Assembly: GCA_977020255.1 (NCBI GenBank) | Contig: CDROCS010000410.1 | Coordinates: forward strand, 310,001 to 374,000 | DNA from: Obrimoposthia wandeli | Lineage: Eukaryota | Reading direction: 5' to 3' | DNA: 64,000 nucleotides | In this document: positions 29,159-39,791 of the stretch, piece after piece | How positions within the stretch are numbered: position 1 is the stretch's first letter | Layout: every line of letters begins with the position of its first letter | Translations under genes and position numbers: made by a program | The notes under the pieces: generated by a model | Seen by the model: only the letters and a program-made list of their open reading frames with translations | Told to the model about the DNA's origin: nothing | Databases searched by the model: none

Positions 29159-31387
29159 ATACTGCGCATTAGTCGCTACAGGTACTAATTCAGTTAAAGC
29201 GCCTTTAGCTTCTTCATTGCCTGCAAGTAATGCTTCAAAGTGTTTAATTAGCTCGACTTTGTCTTGTTCTTTTTTAGAACCTGCACCGATGTTAGTTAAA
29301 TCAATGAAGAATTCATCAAACAAATGCGAAAAGTCATTGATTGCATCAAAGTTTAAGAATTGTTCGTCGTTGTAGATGCTTGGGTAGCCACCTTTTTGTT
29401 TATCAACCGCAAACGAAATACCCTTCACATTAGTAATTGTTGTCGCTTTCTCACATTTCAACATGCAACCATCTTCAATCGCAGGTTTCTTACAGCCAAC
29501 TGTTTGTTGGAAGAAACATTGACGACTTGTCATCATCAGAATTGGGTGATAGATGCTGTAGAACATTTTGAAGTTTTTCGGACGACTAATGTTTCTGATT
29601 TGAATACGGTTAATTTCATTAGAAATAAACGCACCTGCACAGTTTAACTCTTCTTGCAGCGTTAATAACGCGTGTGAATTCGTTGTGTTTAAGAACGGAC
29701 CAGCAACCCACTCAATACCCATTTCAAAGGCTTTATACGCGATACCGGTATTATTGGTCACGATACGCTTAGGTTTAACTTCTTCAAGGATCTTCACTGA
29801 CTCTAGGTAATCTTTACCAATCAGTACAGCTGGGAACCAAGGAATTAAGCGTGGGTTTTCTTGCAATAATTTAATGTGTTTAGGACAGTTCTTTTTCAAG
29901 CTTTCAGGGATCTTGAAGTAGATATCTGCATCCGTTACGTCAGCAAGGTGTAGATCTTTCGCATTCGCAATCATCAATGACAATTTAGGCTTGTCTTCTA
30001 CTTTCGGATGCTTAGGTAATGCAGGTACTTCTACATTTTTAACCACATCTCGAGAACCATTTAAAATAAACGCAACTTGATTTTTAAGGTCGCCTAACTC
30101 TTTAAACGGTACCGTTAAGTTAGCATCGAAGTGAGCAAAATCCATTGGCGCTAAATCAAACGTCGCATTGTTGAAACTGCGGAAACGTTTTTCAATAGTT
30201 TCAGGCGTAATTGAAATTTCATCAGCAGCGGCTAAAACAGAACGAGTTTGCACTTCAAATGCAGTATTTCCAGTTGTTACATTAATCGTTAATGGCGCAC
30301 CCAATTTTGCCGAGAATGCTAACGTTAATGCAATTTTATCGATGCTTAAGTCTTTAATCTTATCTGCTAGTTCAGCACCTAATGCATTTTTTTCTGTATA
30401 AAGATCTTGTTTCACATCATGAATTTGTACAACAGAGATAGCATCACTTTTTTCAACAGCATAGTTCACACTGTTGTCACGTGGGTTGTCCGTAAACATT
30501 TTTTTGTTTAGGTCACCCTGCAAGAATGAGTTAGTAAAGCTACGGTTAAATACTTTATGTAAGTTACCGTCGTCTGCTAATAATTTACCTGATTCAACAA
30601 AGTTGTTGATCTGTTTACGCCATGTATCAACAACAGTGTAAACATAGTGAGCGCCTTTAATACGGCCTTCTACTTTTAATGAATCAACACCAGCGTCAAC
30701 CAGTTGCGGTAAGTCAAAGTATGCAGAGTTATCTTTTAAGTTCAATGGGAAGCGATGGCCTTCCGCTGTCACTTCGTATTCGTCACGACATGCTTGGCTG
30801 CAACGACCACGGTTACCTGAATTACCCACACTTACAGAGCTTGAGTAACACTGGCCAGAAAAGGCAATACATAATGCGCCATGCACAAATACTTCTGTTA
30901 ATACGTCATGGTCATGCGCAACAGTCGTTAATTGTTTGATTTCAGTTATGTTTAACTCACGAGATAAGTTGACGCGCGTTGCACCAATTTTTTGTAAGAA
31001 TAACACCTGACCTTCATTGTGGGTTGTCAGCTGAGTAGAGGCATGGATGTGTAGCGATGGGAAATGCTTTTTAACAATATTGAACACACCTAAATCTTGT
31101 ACGATGATGCCATCAATACCACTGTTAACCAGTTTATTAAGCAGGCGCACTAAACTAACAATTTCGTGTTCTAAGATCACAACGTTCAGGGTTAAGAAAA
31201 CTTCGCAGCTGTGTTCATGTGCAAGTCGTAATACACCATTTAGCTCGTCAAACGAAAGATTGGACGCACGGTTACGGGCATTGAACATATCCAAACCACA
31301 GTAAACAGCATTTGCACCAGCAACAATCGCCGCTTTAATTGCTTCTACATCACCACCCGGTGCCAATAATTCTATTTTTCTACTCAT
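29144..31387 (-). CDS. Peptidase U32-family Fe-S protein with long C-terminal extension (RlhA/YdcP-like, probable RNA hydroxylase)
   Basis: ELLAPGG, HASTQ, EVFVHGALCIAFSGQC, NRGRCSQACR, SLKVEGR; probable start MSRK at 31387. Confidence 0.85.
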   Translation of the reverse strand: MSRKIELLAPGGDVEAIKAAIVAGANAVYCGLDMFNARNRASNLSFDELNGVLRLAHEHSCEVFLTLNVVILEHEIVSLVRLLNKLVNSGIDGIIVQDLGVFNIVKKHFPSLHIHASTQLTTHNEGQVLFLQKIGATRVNLSRELNITEIKQLTTVAHDHDVLTEVFVHGALCIAFSGQCYSSSVSVGNSGNRGRCSQACRDEYEVTAEGHRFPLNLKDNSAYFDLPQLVDAGVDSLKVEGRIKGAHYVYTVVDTWRKQINNFVESGKLLADDGNLHKVFNRSFTNSFLQGDLNKKMFTDNPRDNSVNYAVEKSDAISVVQIHDVKQDLYTEKNALGAELADKIKDLSIDKIALTLAFSAKLGAPLTINVTTGNTAFEVQTRSVLAAADEISITPETIEKRFRSFNNATFDLAPMDFAHFDANLTVPFKELGDLKNQVAFILNGSRDVVKNVEVPALPKHPKVEDKPKLSLMIANAKDLHLADVTDADIYFKIPESLKKNCPKHIKLLQENPRLIPWFPAVLIGKDYLESVKILEEVKPKRIVTNNTGIAYKAFEMGIEWVAGPFLNTTNSHALLTLQEELNCAGAFISNEINRIQIRNISRPKNFKMFYSIYHPILMMTSRQCFFQQTVGCKKPAIEDGCMLKCEKATTITNVKGISFAVDKQKGGYPSIYNDEQFLNFDAINDFSHLFDEFFIDLTNIGAGSKKEQDKVELIKHFEALLAGNEEAKGALTELVPVATNAQYTQGL

Positions 31388-31476
31388 GCGAAATAACCCA
31401 CTTAATGCTTTTATTGTAATTTTTTGAGGGGGCATTCTACCTGTATATGCAATTCAATGCTATGCATTAGAAATTA

Positions 31477-31490
31477 TTGATCTAGATCAA
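31477..31490. promoter_or_regulatory. FNR-type binding site upstream of the U32 gene
   Basis: Perfect TTGATCTAGATCAA; a minus-strand TAGAAT -10 candidate lies at 31434-31439. Confidence 0.65.
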
Positions 31491-31557
31491 TGTTTGAAAC
31501 GAAGGGGCATCTGTATTTAATTAGGCGTTAATGAAGAGTGTAACGAGGTCATTATGT

Positions 31558-31602
31558 TGATAATACCCAGGATTAAATGAACATAAATCTTGGGTATTAT
31601 CA
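31558..31602 (-). terminator. Inverted repeat after the membrane protein gene
   Basis: tgataatacccag...tgggtattatca. Confidence 0.65.
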
Positions 31603-31637
31603 CTGTTTTTTACACTATATTTAACGCTGTTCTAAAG

Positions 31638-32675
31638 CTATTTAGCATCAGGGACTAATTGTTTAATCGCATGAGGTAATAGCGTCACGATCTTACCGCG
31701 TACGGGGTGCCACAATGCCGATAGCAATAATAACGCCGCGCCAATGGCAATGCCAGTCATAGCAAAATTAGTACCGACATCACCATACATGCTCATCAGG
31801 CTTGATAGCGCATACAGCACATAAACCAACGATGACACCATAAACGCACGACGATCGATAATAAGAGAAATGAACGACATCAATATGTATAACGCAATGA
31901 TCACAGCAATACTGCTGAGACTTTCGTCACCATTTAAGATACCCACCATCAAAAAGACTGGGTGAATAATCAGCGGCGCAGAAAGTAGATGCAACCAAAA
32001 TGCGGTATCAGTTCTGTTCGTCACACGTTCGCGATCTGAAGAATCCCAATACATTGCAAACAAGAAGGTTAATAAACCACAGATTAGAATGACAACAAGT
32101 GACCAATCGGTAAGTACATTAATCATGTCTGGTGTTGCAAATGCCGATACAAAAGACGAAATGATAAAGCCGATTGTTGCCGCAGTACCCGCTGCAATCG
32201 TAATTGGCACATTGAAACGACGCCAATGGCAATATGCTGCAATAGCAGATGCGCCCGTTGCTGCAACCATTGCTTGTTCGCCCAACGATGAAAATACAGT
32301 CAATGATAAATTAAATACACCACCAATAAAGGCGAGTAAGAGCATAATCGCAGGAAAGGCCATTTTTCTTTTCAGCACAAAGAACTCGGCAAGAGCCCAT
32401 GACAACACAACAAAAGTAGCTAAGCCTAAACGAGGATCAATGCTTTTAACTGCCCACAATGATGAAAACAACAGTAGCGCACAAGCAATCACAATGAATA
32501 TGTCGTTAAACCCGCCGATTAAACGAATATTTTCTTCATCAGCACTTACCGCTTTTGTTGCAGACTGATTTTCTGACTGTGTTGCTAAATGTTGGTCACG
32601 TCGAAACTCATCAACGGACGAGGCTGTAAAAATTCCTTTATCTACTGCATTGTTAAGATCTTCATCTGTATACAT
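31638..32675 (-). CDS. Conserved hypothetical polytopic membrane protein
   Basis: Short soluble N-terminus (DEENIRLIGGFNDIF) followed by about 10 TM segments. Confidence 0.7.
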   Translation of the reverse strand: MYTDEDLNNAVDKGIFTASSVDEFRRDQHLATQSENQSATKAVSADEENIRLIGGFNDIFIVIACALLLFSSLWAVKSIDPRLGLATFVVLSWALAEFFVLKRKMAFPAIMLLLAFIGGVFNLSLTVFSSLGEQAMVAATGASAIAAYCHWRRFNVPITIAAGTAATIGFIISSFVSAFATPDMINVLTDWSLVVILICGLLTFLFAMYWDSSDRERVTNRTDTAFWLHLLSAPLIIHPVFLMVGILNGDESLSSIAVIIALYILMSFISLIIDRRAFMVSSLVYVLYALSSLMSMYGDVGTNFAMTGIAIGAALLLLSALWHPVRGKIVTLLPHAIKQLVPDAK

Positions 32676-32831
32676 AATGGTCCTAAAAGTGTTATTAATA
32701 ATGTAAATTATCTATTATAAAGTGCTGAAGTGTATTGGCTTTATTTATCAGGGACAACAAAACCGTTAATTAATTTCATAAAACAACTAAATAGAATGCA
32801 AATACAGCACACTACTACTCCGTTTTAGTTA

Positions 32832-32853
32832 AAGTGTGATCTAGGTCCAGCCA
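32832..32853. promoter_or_regulatory. Possible CRP site in a divergent promoter
   Basis: aaagTGTGAtctaggTCCAG versus consensus aaaTGTGAtctagaTCACA. Confidence 0.4.
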
Positions 32854-33007
32854 GCGAATATTTATTTATTCATAATGGTCGCCTAGTCACTGTCTATTTA
32901 ATAACAATGGCCCAATAAATAAACCGCAAAAATCAGAATAGCGTATGCATTCATTCAATGCTTAAACTGCACTTTCACCGTTATACGCTATTTCACAAGG
33001 AGATGTT

Positions 33008-34855
33008 TTGAATCCACAAGATTATTTTAACCAGCTTAACGATGACTATTTAGTGCTGCACCGCCGTAAAGAAGATTTATTCTGGCAAACATACATGGGC
33101 ACCAGTGACAACCATGACGGTTTTACCGCTGCAGAAGAAGCACTCAGTGCATTTATCTCAGACCCTGCACACATCAAAGCGACCCGTTGCAATCTTGAAG
33201 TGCTATTACAGCTAACCGACGAAGACGACGACCTTGTCAAAGGCCTTAAAGGTTGGTTAGCCTTTTTCGATGCTAACGCGATTGAAAGTGCCGACGGTAG
33301 AGATAAAATGGCAGCACTGATTCGCTCTGAATCTGCACTGTTTGCCAAACGCCAAGAATACCTGATGTATTGCAATGATGAGAATGGCAACAAACAACAA
33401 GCGTCTTTAACCGTACTCGCTGCCAATATCCGCACCAGTAACAATGAAGCTGTACGCCAATCTGCCCACCAAGCATTATTAGATCTTGAGCAATGGGTAC
33501 TGAATAACGGTTATATCGAACTGGTTAAGCAACGTAATGACTTTGCTCGCCAGCAAGGCTTCCGTAATTTCTTTGATTACAAAGTTAATAAAACCGAACA
33601 GATGACACCAGAGCAACTGTTCACTGTTTTAGATGATTTCGAACTACGTACCCGCGAGCGTAACCAAAGCAGTATTAGCAATTTAGCTGAAGCTAAAGGT
33701 GACAGCGCAGTGCAAGGTCATAACTTTAGCTTTATGTATGCCGGTGATGCTGCACGCCAACTTGACCCTTACGTACCATTTTCAAAATCATTACGTCGTT
33801 GGATTGAATCATTCGGTCGCCTGAATATTGATTATTCTCAAGCTGATATGACTTTGGATTTATTAGATCGTGCAGGTAAATACCAAAATGGTTTCTGCCA
33901 CGGCCCTATCCCGTCATTTTATAATGAAGATAAATGGCAAGCGGGTAAGATTAATTTCACCAGTAATGCCAAACCGGATCAAGTAGGTAGTGGCTATGAC
34001 GGTATTAACACCTTGTTCCATGAAGGTGGTCATGCGGCTCACTTTGCTAATGTGAAACAAAATTCACCGTGTTTCTCGCAAGAGTTTGCACCAACATCTA
34101 TGGCTTATGCAGAAACGCAATCTATGTTCTGCGATAGCTTATTAACAGATGGTGATTGGCTAAAACAATATGCTTACAACGCAGAAGGTGAAGTAATACC
34201 TGACGCTATTATTCAAGCATTAATTGCCGCTAAACAACCGTTCAAAGCTTATCAGGAACGTAGTATTCTGGTTGTACCGTATTTTGAATGGGCTGTTTAT
34301 AGCGCTGATGAAGACTTGCTCACACCGGAATATTTAACGACGCTAGCACGTGATACAGAACAACGTATTTTAGGCCTAGCTGCAAGTCCACGTCCATTAT
34401 TAGCAGTACCGCACCTACTGTCGCAAGAAGCAGCCTGCTCTTATCAAGGTTACCTACTTGCGCACATGGCGGTTTATCAAACCCGTGCTTACTTTACTGA
34501 AAAGTTTGGTTACCTCACTGACAACCCAGCCATCGGTCCACTACTTGCCGAACATTACTGGAAACCAGGTAATAGCATTAGCCATGATGCGACGCTGCGT
34601 AGCTTAACTGGCGAAGGATTCTCTGCGGCTTACCTTGCTGAAACTTGTAATCAAACCAGTGACCAAGCTTGGTTACAAGAACAAGCTAAGATTACCGCGG
34701 CACAAGCGAGAACGCGCGCAGAGCCTGCAGATCTAAATGCTAAGATCAGCATTGTTGATGGCGCTGAGACTATCGCTAACAATACAGTTTCTGATAATAA
34801 GCTGTGCGATGACTTCGAGACTTACATTACCCAACGTTATGGTAATGGCTGCTAG
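33008..34855 (+). CDS. M3-family metallo-oligopeptidase
   Basis: LFHEGGHAAHF zinc motif, AETQSMF, GKYQNGFCH. Confidence 0.88.
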   Translation: MNPQDYFNQLNDDYLVLHRRKEDLFWQTYMGTSDNHDGFTAAEEALSAFISDPAHIKATRCNLEVLLQLTDEDDDLVKGLKGWLAFFDANAIESADGRDKMAALIRSESALFAKRQEYLMYCNDENGNKQQASLTVLAANIRTSNNEAVRQSAHQALLDLEQWVLNNGYIELVKQRNDFARQQGFRNFFDYKVNKTEQMTPEQLFTVLDDFELRTRERNQSSISNLAEAKGDSAVQGHNFSFMYAGDAARQLDPYVPFSKSLRRWIESFGRLNIDYSQADMTLDLLDRAGKYQNGFCHGPIPSFYNEDKWQAGKINFTSNAKPDQVGSGYDGINTLFHEGGHAAHFANVKQNSPCFSQEFAPTSMAYAETQSMFCDSLLTDGDWLKQYAYNAEGEVIPDAIIQALIAAKQPFKAYQERSILVVPYFEWAVYSADEDLLTPEYLTTLARDTEQRILGLAASPRPLLAVPHLLSQEAACSYQGYLLAHMAVYQTRAYFTEKFGYLTDNPAIGPLLAEHYWKPGNSISHDATLRSLTGEGFSAAYLAETCNQTSDQAWLQEQAKITAAQARTRAEPADLNAKISIVDGAETIANNTVSDNKLCDDFETYITQRYGNGC

Positions 34856-34886
34856 TCGATAAGGCCACCGCTAGGTAATTTAATAC

Positions 34887-34920
34887 AAGTACGTGCCTTT
34901 TATCTTAAGGGTACGTACTT
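34887..34920 (+). terminator. Inverted repeat after the M3 peptidase
   Basis: aagtacgtgcctt...aagggtacgtactt; weak U tail. Confidence 0.5.
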
Positions 34921-35114
34921 CAGCCTCAAACCACCTCCCCCCTCTTTAACAGACTCTGTCGCTCATTAACCCACATAACTAAACGCAATGATGATAATAA
35001 CAACCTCCAATACTGATCTAAAACCCACCCTAGTACGTATGTCTAATATAACTCGAAGCATCTAGCTTACTTAAATACTTAAATAAGCGAATCAATAATC
35101 AGCGAGGAGACACC

Positions 35115-35540
35115 ATGACGTTAACAATATTTTATGATGGTCAATGTCCATTATGTTCTACCGAAATGAAACACCTGAAAGAGCACGATAAAATCGATGC
35201 CATTCATTTAGTCGACCTACATCAAATAGATTTTAGTACCCTCTATCCAGAGATAGATGTCAGTGAAGGCATGAAGATATTACACGGCACCTACCAAGGC
35301 GAGTTATTGCTGGGGCTTAAGGTCACTCACAGGGCTTGGACATTAGTCGGAAAAGGCTTTTGGGTCGCCCCACTTAACTGGCCAATCATCAGAACCCTGA
35401 GTCACTGGGTTTACTTAGTCGTCGCCAAGTATCGCCAACCAATATCTGCTTTTCTAGCGAAACGTTTGGGTATCAGCACTAATAACTGCAATTCAGGAAC
35501 TTGTTATGATAAAAAAACAGACACTGATAATCGGCGCTAA
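35115..35540 (+). CDS. DCC1/DUF393 thiol-disulfide oxidoreductase family
   Basis: IFYDGQCPLC; YLVVAKYR. Confidence 0.85.
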   Translation: MTLTIFYDGQCPLCSTEMKHLKEHDKIDAIHLVDLHQIDFSTLYPEIDVSEGMKILHGTYQGELLLGLKVTHRAWTLVGKGFWVAPLNWPIIRTLSHWVYLVVAKYRQPISAFLAKRLGISTNNCNSGTCYDKKTDTDNRR

Positions 35541-36255
35541 CAGCGTTATCGCTAAATCGATCGCCGCTAAGCTTCAACAAGATACAGAGGTAGGGTTAAT
35601 CCTCATCAGCCGTGATTTAAGTGATTATTCAGAGATACCCGACGACCGTATCAAGAGGATCACAGTGCCAGACTATGAATCACGGTCGATTGAACAAGCG
35701 GTCATAGCGTTAACGCAGTGCGACCAAGCACCTGTCAGCCAAGTACCTATCACCCAAGTGTTTATTTGCAACGGCGTATTACATAACGCGCAATTGCAGC
35801 CAGAAAAACGCTTAGAAGATTTCAGTGCTCAAGCATTTCAACAAGTCATGCAGATAAATGCGCTTATTCCGATGTTGTGGATACAGCAGTTAACGCCAAT
35901 ATTAACGGGTAAAACGCCCTGTACGCTAACCGTATTCAGTGCGCGAGTTGCCAGTATCAGTGATAATCACCTGGGGGGTTGGTATAGCTATCGCGCATCC
36001 AAAGCGGCGCTCAACATGATGTTAAAGACAGCCGCAATAGAATTATCTCGACGCGCGAAGAATATCAAACTCATAGCCTTTCATCCCGGCACAACTGATA
36101 CGCCACTATCGAAACCATTTCAAAAGAACGTACCCGCGGATAAGCTATTCACCAGCGAATTTGTTGCAGCACAACTGTTAAATATTGTGGCTAATATCGA
36201 ATTTGATAGTGAAGCTAGCTATGTTGATTGGCAAGGTAAATCTATTAGTTGGTAA
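35506..36255 (+). CDS. Short-chain dehydrogenase, C-factor (CsgA)-like
   Basis: SARVASISDNHLGGWYSYRASKAALN, HPGTTDT. Confidence 0.9.
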   Translation: MIKKQTLIIGANSVIAKSIAAKLQQDTEVGLILISRDLSDYSEIPDDRIKRITVPDYESRSIEQAVIALTQCDQAPVSQVPITQVFICNGVLHNAQLQPEKRLEDFSAQAFQQVMQINALIPMLWIQQLTPILTGKTPCTLTVFSARVASISDNHLGGWYSYRASKAALNMMLKTAAIELSRRAKNIKLIAFHPGTTDTPLSKPFQKNVPADKLFTSEFVAAQLLNIVANIEFDSEASYVDWQGKSISW

Positions 36256-36289
36256 GACCGGTTACGGTTAGCATCTAACTCGGTTATGC

Positions 36290-36793
36290 CTAAGACTCCA
36301 AAAACGCAATTCCAAACACCGACAAAGCAAAATCCCCTGCTTTGTGGTTATTTACTAAGAACCCGACTTCTCTCACATCTGACGAGACGAGTATCGGTGC
36401 ATTACTGATTAATCGTCCTCGGAAAGAAGCTTTAAAGCCGACAAGCGGAAATGTTAATGTTTGGCGCTGGCCTGCGACAGTATCAAAGTCCTGTTTGTAA
36501 GCTAAGCGATAGCCATTATCAAAAACTACCGCCCTTAATTGATAACATTTACCGTCACCTTGCACGTCTATTTGAATACTATGCAGTTTTGTCGGAACAC
36601 CTTCAACTGGCCGAAACGCCGAGCTAAAACCGCCATTATTTTCCAACGATATATTCCCAGTAAATATGCCATGGTCATGGTTGAATAACATTTGGCCTTC
36701 AGACACTCCGCCCATAACACCATCATTGGTTATTCGCCAAAGGGTCATGCTTTCTTCACTGCTTAAATCGACCATACGCGTTAAATCAATCAT
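36290..36793 (-). CDS. CIA30 family protein
   Basis: WRITNDGVMGGVS, SLENNGGFSS, GDGKCYQL. Confidence 0.88.
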   Translation of the reverse strand: MIDLTRMVDLSSEESMTLWRITNDGVMGGVSEGQMLFNHDHGIFTGNISLENNGGFSSAFRPVEGVPTKLHSIQIDVQGDGKCYQLRAVVFDNGYRLAYKQDFDTVAGQRQTLTFPLVGFKASFRGRLISNAPILVSSDVREVGFLVNNHKAGDFALSVFGIAFLES

Positions 36794-37689
36794 AATGTTT
36801 CCTTAACTTGCTCACTTTGAACACGTTCTTTCAAATATTTAATAAACAACTGCGTCCGAGTATGTTCATAATCAAGGGTTGGATAATAAGCACATACAGC
36901 GCCGTGATCAACCGTCACATCGGGTAATACCTGTATTAACTCACCAACATCCGTTAAATCTTTGAGCATTCTTTGATTCGCGAGTAACACACCCATGCCG
37001 CATTTAGCACCGTAAAATAATGCTTCAGGATTGGTCGTAGCAAAATTACCACGCAAGGTAATACGATTGCCCGTTGATAACTTCACATCGCGTATCGGCC
37101 GTTCACCCCAAATCAACATATTGTGCGATTCAAGATCATCAATACTTTCAGGTTTACCGTACTTGTCGATATAATCTGGCGAAGCAAAGAACTTGGCATC
37201 GTTTTTAAACAACTCAATGGCTTTATAGCTGTGGGAGTTTAATTGCTCTAAATCACGACTAATAAACACATCAACATGAGTTTCAGGCATTTGCCCTGGT
37301 GATGTCGTCAATAATTGAATTTGGATTTTAGGATACATCAGTAAAAAGTCGTTTAAATACTTGATGATGAATTTAGACCCCACCGCAGTGGTCGCACCAA
37401 TCTTCAACAAACCAGTCGGCGTTTGATTAACCGAACGTGCTTCATCCACCAGCGCCATCCACTGATCAAGTTGCAAACGTGAACGCTGATAAAACAACTG
37501 CCCCGCTTCTGTTTGATCTAACGAACGGGTAGTCCGCTTCAGTAACTGCACGCCAACTTTATCTTCTAGCCAATTGATACGCTTACTGATCGCTGAACCT
37601 GTGGTATTAAGCTGGTAAGCAGCACCATTAAAGCTGCCTTCTTCAACCACTTTAATGTAGCTACGTACACACGTAATCCAATCCATCAC
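36790..37689 (-). CDS. LysR-type regulator
   Basis: VVEEGSFNGAA...SKRINWLE..GVQLLKRTTRSL..TEAG. Confidence 0.9.
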   Translation of the reverse strand: MMDWITCVRSYIKVVEEGSFNGAAYQLNTTGSAISKRINWLEDKVGVQLLKRTTRSLDQTEAGQLFYQRSRLQLDQWMALVDEARSVNQTPTGLLKIGATTAVGSKFIIKYLNDFLLMYPKIQIQLLTTSPGQMPETHVDVFISRDLEQLNSHSYKAIELFKNDAKFFASPDYIDKYGKPESIDDLESHNMLIWGERPIRDVKLSTGNRITLRGNFATTNPEALFYGAKCGMGVLLANQRMLKDLTDVGELIQVLPDVTVDHGAVCAYYPTLDYEHTRTQLFIKYLKERVQSEQVKETL

Positions 37690-37773
37690 GACTCCCTCTT
37701 ACACAACATGCGACTGAACAAACACTCAGTCCTAATAAGAGTTAATCTAGCATGATTATATTATTTTATGGCG

Positions 37774-37829
37774 AAAAAAAAGCCTTAACCCGATAATCCC
37801 CTGTATGACAGGAATCGAGGTTAAGGCTT
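37774..37829 (-). terminator. Intrinsic terminator of the protease operon
   Basis: aagccttaacc...ggttaaggctt with inner cctgt/acagg stem and a U8 tail on the minus strand. Confidence 0.8.
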
Positions 37830-37848
37830 AATTTATAATCGTCTTAGG

Positions 37849-39054
37849 TTATTTCACCGCTTTCACTGCCGATTTCACCGCAGTTTTTACCGCAAAATAG
37901 TCCAATACAATTTTAGTTTTACCGGTTAAATCACCTACCGGTTTAAATTCAACATTGATGTTATCCGTGTCAATTTTGAAGGTATTCACTTTCAGGAATA
38001 ACGCATCGGTTTTAGCTGTATTGACGTCAATATTAACCGCAACAACGCGGCCATTAACGAACAGGTCAAACGCCGGGGTATTTTTATCCTTAGGTATTAC
38101 AAGTTCGATACTGTAGCTTGAACCTGCATTCGCATAAGCCATGGTTTTTAAACCACCGTCATCAGTCCAAAAGGTCTCAGACATACCAATATTTTCTGCT
38201 TTCCAATAACTGAAGTACGCATGGTAGTCATCTGTATTTTCTGGTGACGCAGCACTCCACATGACGTTATCTAGTTCCACTTCTTCAGTATAACTAAAGC
38301 CGTGCTCTTGCATCGCTTTATTAATCCATGGCAGTTTAACGGCCACGTCTTCAAACGTATCACTCCAGCCAAACTCGGTGTAATACTGCACGCCAATTTC
38401 ACCTAATAGATAAAACTCACCGTCTTTTTCTACCGTAATACCAGAACCACTATCGCCATGAATGATCAACCACTGCAGATCACTTTGTTTAAAGTGATCG
38501 GGTTTAAAGGAGTACTCAGACAGCCATTTCTGATCAACTTCATTGTACTCAACGTATTTTTGTCCCCCGTTACGGCCATTGTAATTCCCAAAGCCGACTG
38601 AATTTACTTCATAACGTTTATCTTTAGGAAACATTTCTTCCGTTGCTAACTTCGCGGGTTTAATGCCGCGAATGGGGGTATCCAAACGAACCAGTGCGAA
38701 ATCATATACGTCATCTTTAAACTCATATTCTCCGTACTCACCGTTAGGATCGGTTGATGCAGAAACGGACTTAACCGTGGTGTATTCGCCATTTTCATCT
38801 TTTTCAAACGAAGTACAAGTCACCGTATTACGATATGATTGTGATTTAGAACCGGATACATGATTTGCAGTGACCACCCAGAACGGGTCGATTAACGTCG
38901 CAGAACCCGCATTCATATGACATGCAAAATCAAACTTGCTCTGTAATGCAAAAGTCTTATGTTGAGATACTGAACGGTCATAACGCGCAAGCCCGGCATT
39001 TGCAGTCATCGAAATAGACGCTAGAACAGCTGTAGCAATAAGTAATTTTTTCAT
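37849..39054 (-). CDS. Secreted trypsin-like (S1) serine protease with C-terminal beta-rich domain
   Basis: Signal peptide; triad motifs VVTANH, DFALVRL, HGDSGSG. Confidence 0.85.
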   Translation of the reverse strand: MKKLLIATAVLASISMTANAGLARYDRSVSQHKTFALQSKFDFACHMNAGSATLIDPFWVVTANHVSGSKSQSYRNTVTCTSFEKDENGEYTTVKSVSASTDPNGEYGEYEFKDDVYDFALVRLDTPIRGIKPAKLATEEMFPKDKRYEVNSVGFGNYNGRNGGQKYVEYNEVDQKWLSEYSFKPDHFKQSDLQWLIIHGDSGSGITVEKDGEFYLLGEIGVQYYTEFGWSDTFEDVAVKLPWINKAMQEHGFSYTEEVELDNVMWSAASPENTDDYHAYFSYWKAENIGMSETFWTDDGGLKTMAYANAGSSYSIELVIPKDKNTPAFDLFVNGRVVAVNIDVNTAKTDALFLKVNTFKIDTDNINVEFKPVGDLTGKTKIVLDYFAVKTAVKSAVKAVK

Positions 39055-39734
39055 TATTTAACCTCACTTAAATTGATTGCTTCTAAGCTGTGATAGCCTT
39101 CTGACTGCGAGTAGTCCCACTGACGAGCAACACGTTTATAAGTCACGATTAATTGATCATCAATCGAGGTAGTGTTAAATACAATACTGTTCTGAACCCC
39201 TGTCATGTGCGTTGTAATGTCATTTTTGATGGTCACGCACTGCTGTTTAATACAAGCCGTTACATCCGCCGAAGACAACCAATTGTGCGTATAAAGATCA
39301 AGTTTATAACGACCAATACCTTGTGCTTTGACGTTAAAACTAAAACCACCATCACCCAGTGACATCGCATGATTAAATTGATCAGCATAGTCGGCATAAC
39401 TACCACCATCCCAGCTATAACGATTAGCGTGGACAGGTTCATCCCCAGGCATATGCTTAATAGAACCTATGTCTGTTAACGCGCCAATTTTATCGCTATT
39501 CGGTTTTTCAATAAATGTATCGACACCATAGAAAAACTGCCAATCAAGCCCTGCTAATTGAATATCTTTACGATGACCAGCACCCGACAATTCATAACCA
39601 TTAAACTCACTGATGATGGATAGATTATCTGTACCTACTTTAGAGATATTCGATAGGTTATTTAGATCTACCTCTATCTCACTGGCCGCAACAGAAGAAG
39701 AACATAGCAAGATTGCTAGCATTGATTTTTTCAT
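39054..39734 (-). CDS. Secreted hypothetical protein coupled to the protease
   Basis: Signal peptide MKKSMLAILLCSSSVAA; TAATG overlap with the protease start. Confidence 0.7.
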   Translation of the reverse strand: MKKSMLAILLCSSSVAASEIEVDLNNLSNISKVGTDNLSIISEFNGYELSGAGHRKDIQLAGLDWQFFYGVDTFIEKPNSDKIGALTDIGSIKHMPGDEPVHANRYSWDGGSYADYADQFNHAMSLGDGGFSFNVKAQGIGRYKLDLYTHNWLSSADVTACIKQQCVTIKNDITTHMTGVQNSIVFNTTSIDDQLIVTYKRVARQWDYSQSEGYHSLEAINLSEVK

Positions 39735-39791
39735 AACTTTTCCTTTGTAAGATGAAAGGCATAAGTTTATAGCTAGCTCTTTACGCCAATT

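Noticed and set aside
32089-32568. 159-aa plus-strand ORF
   Set aside because: Fully antisense to a membrane-protein gene; typical shadow ORF
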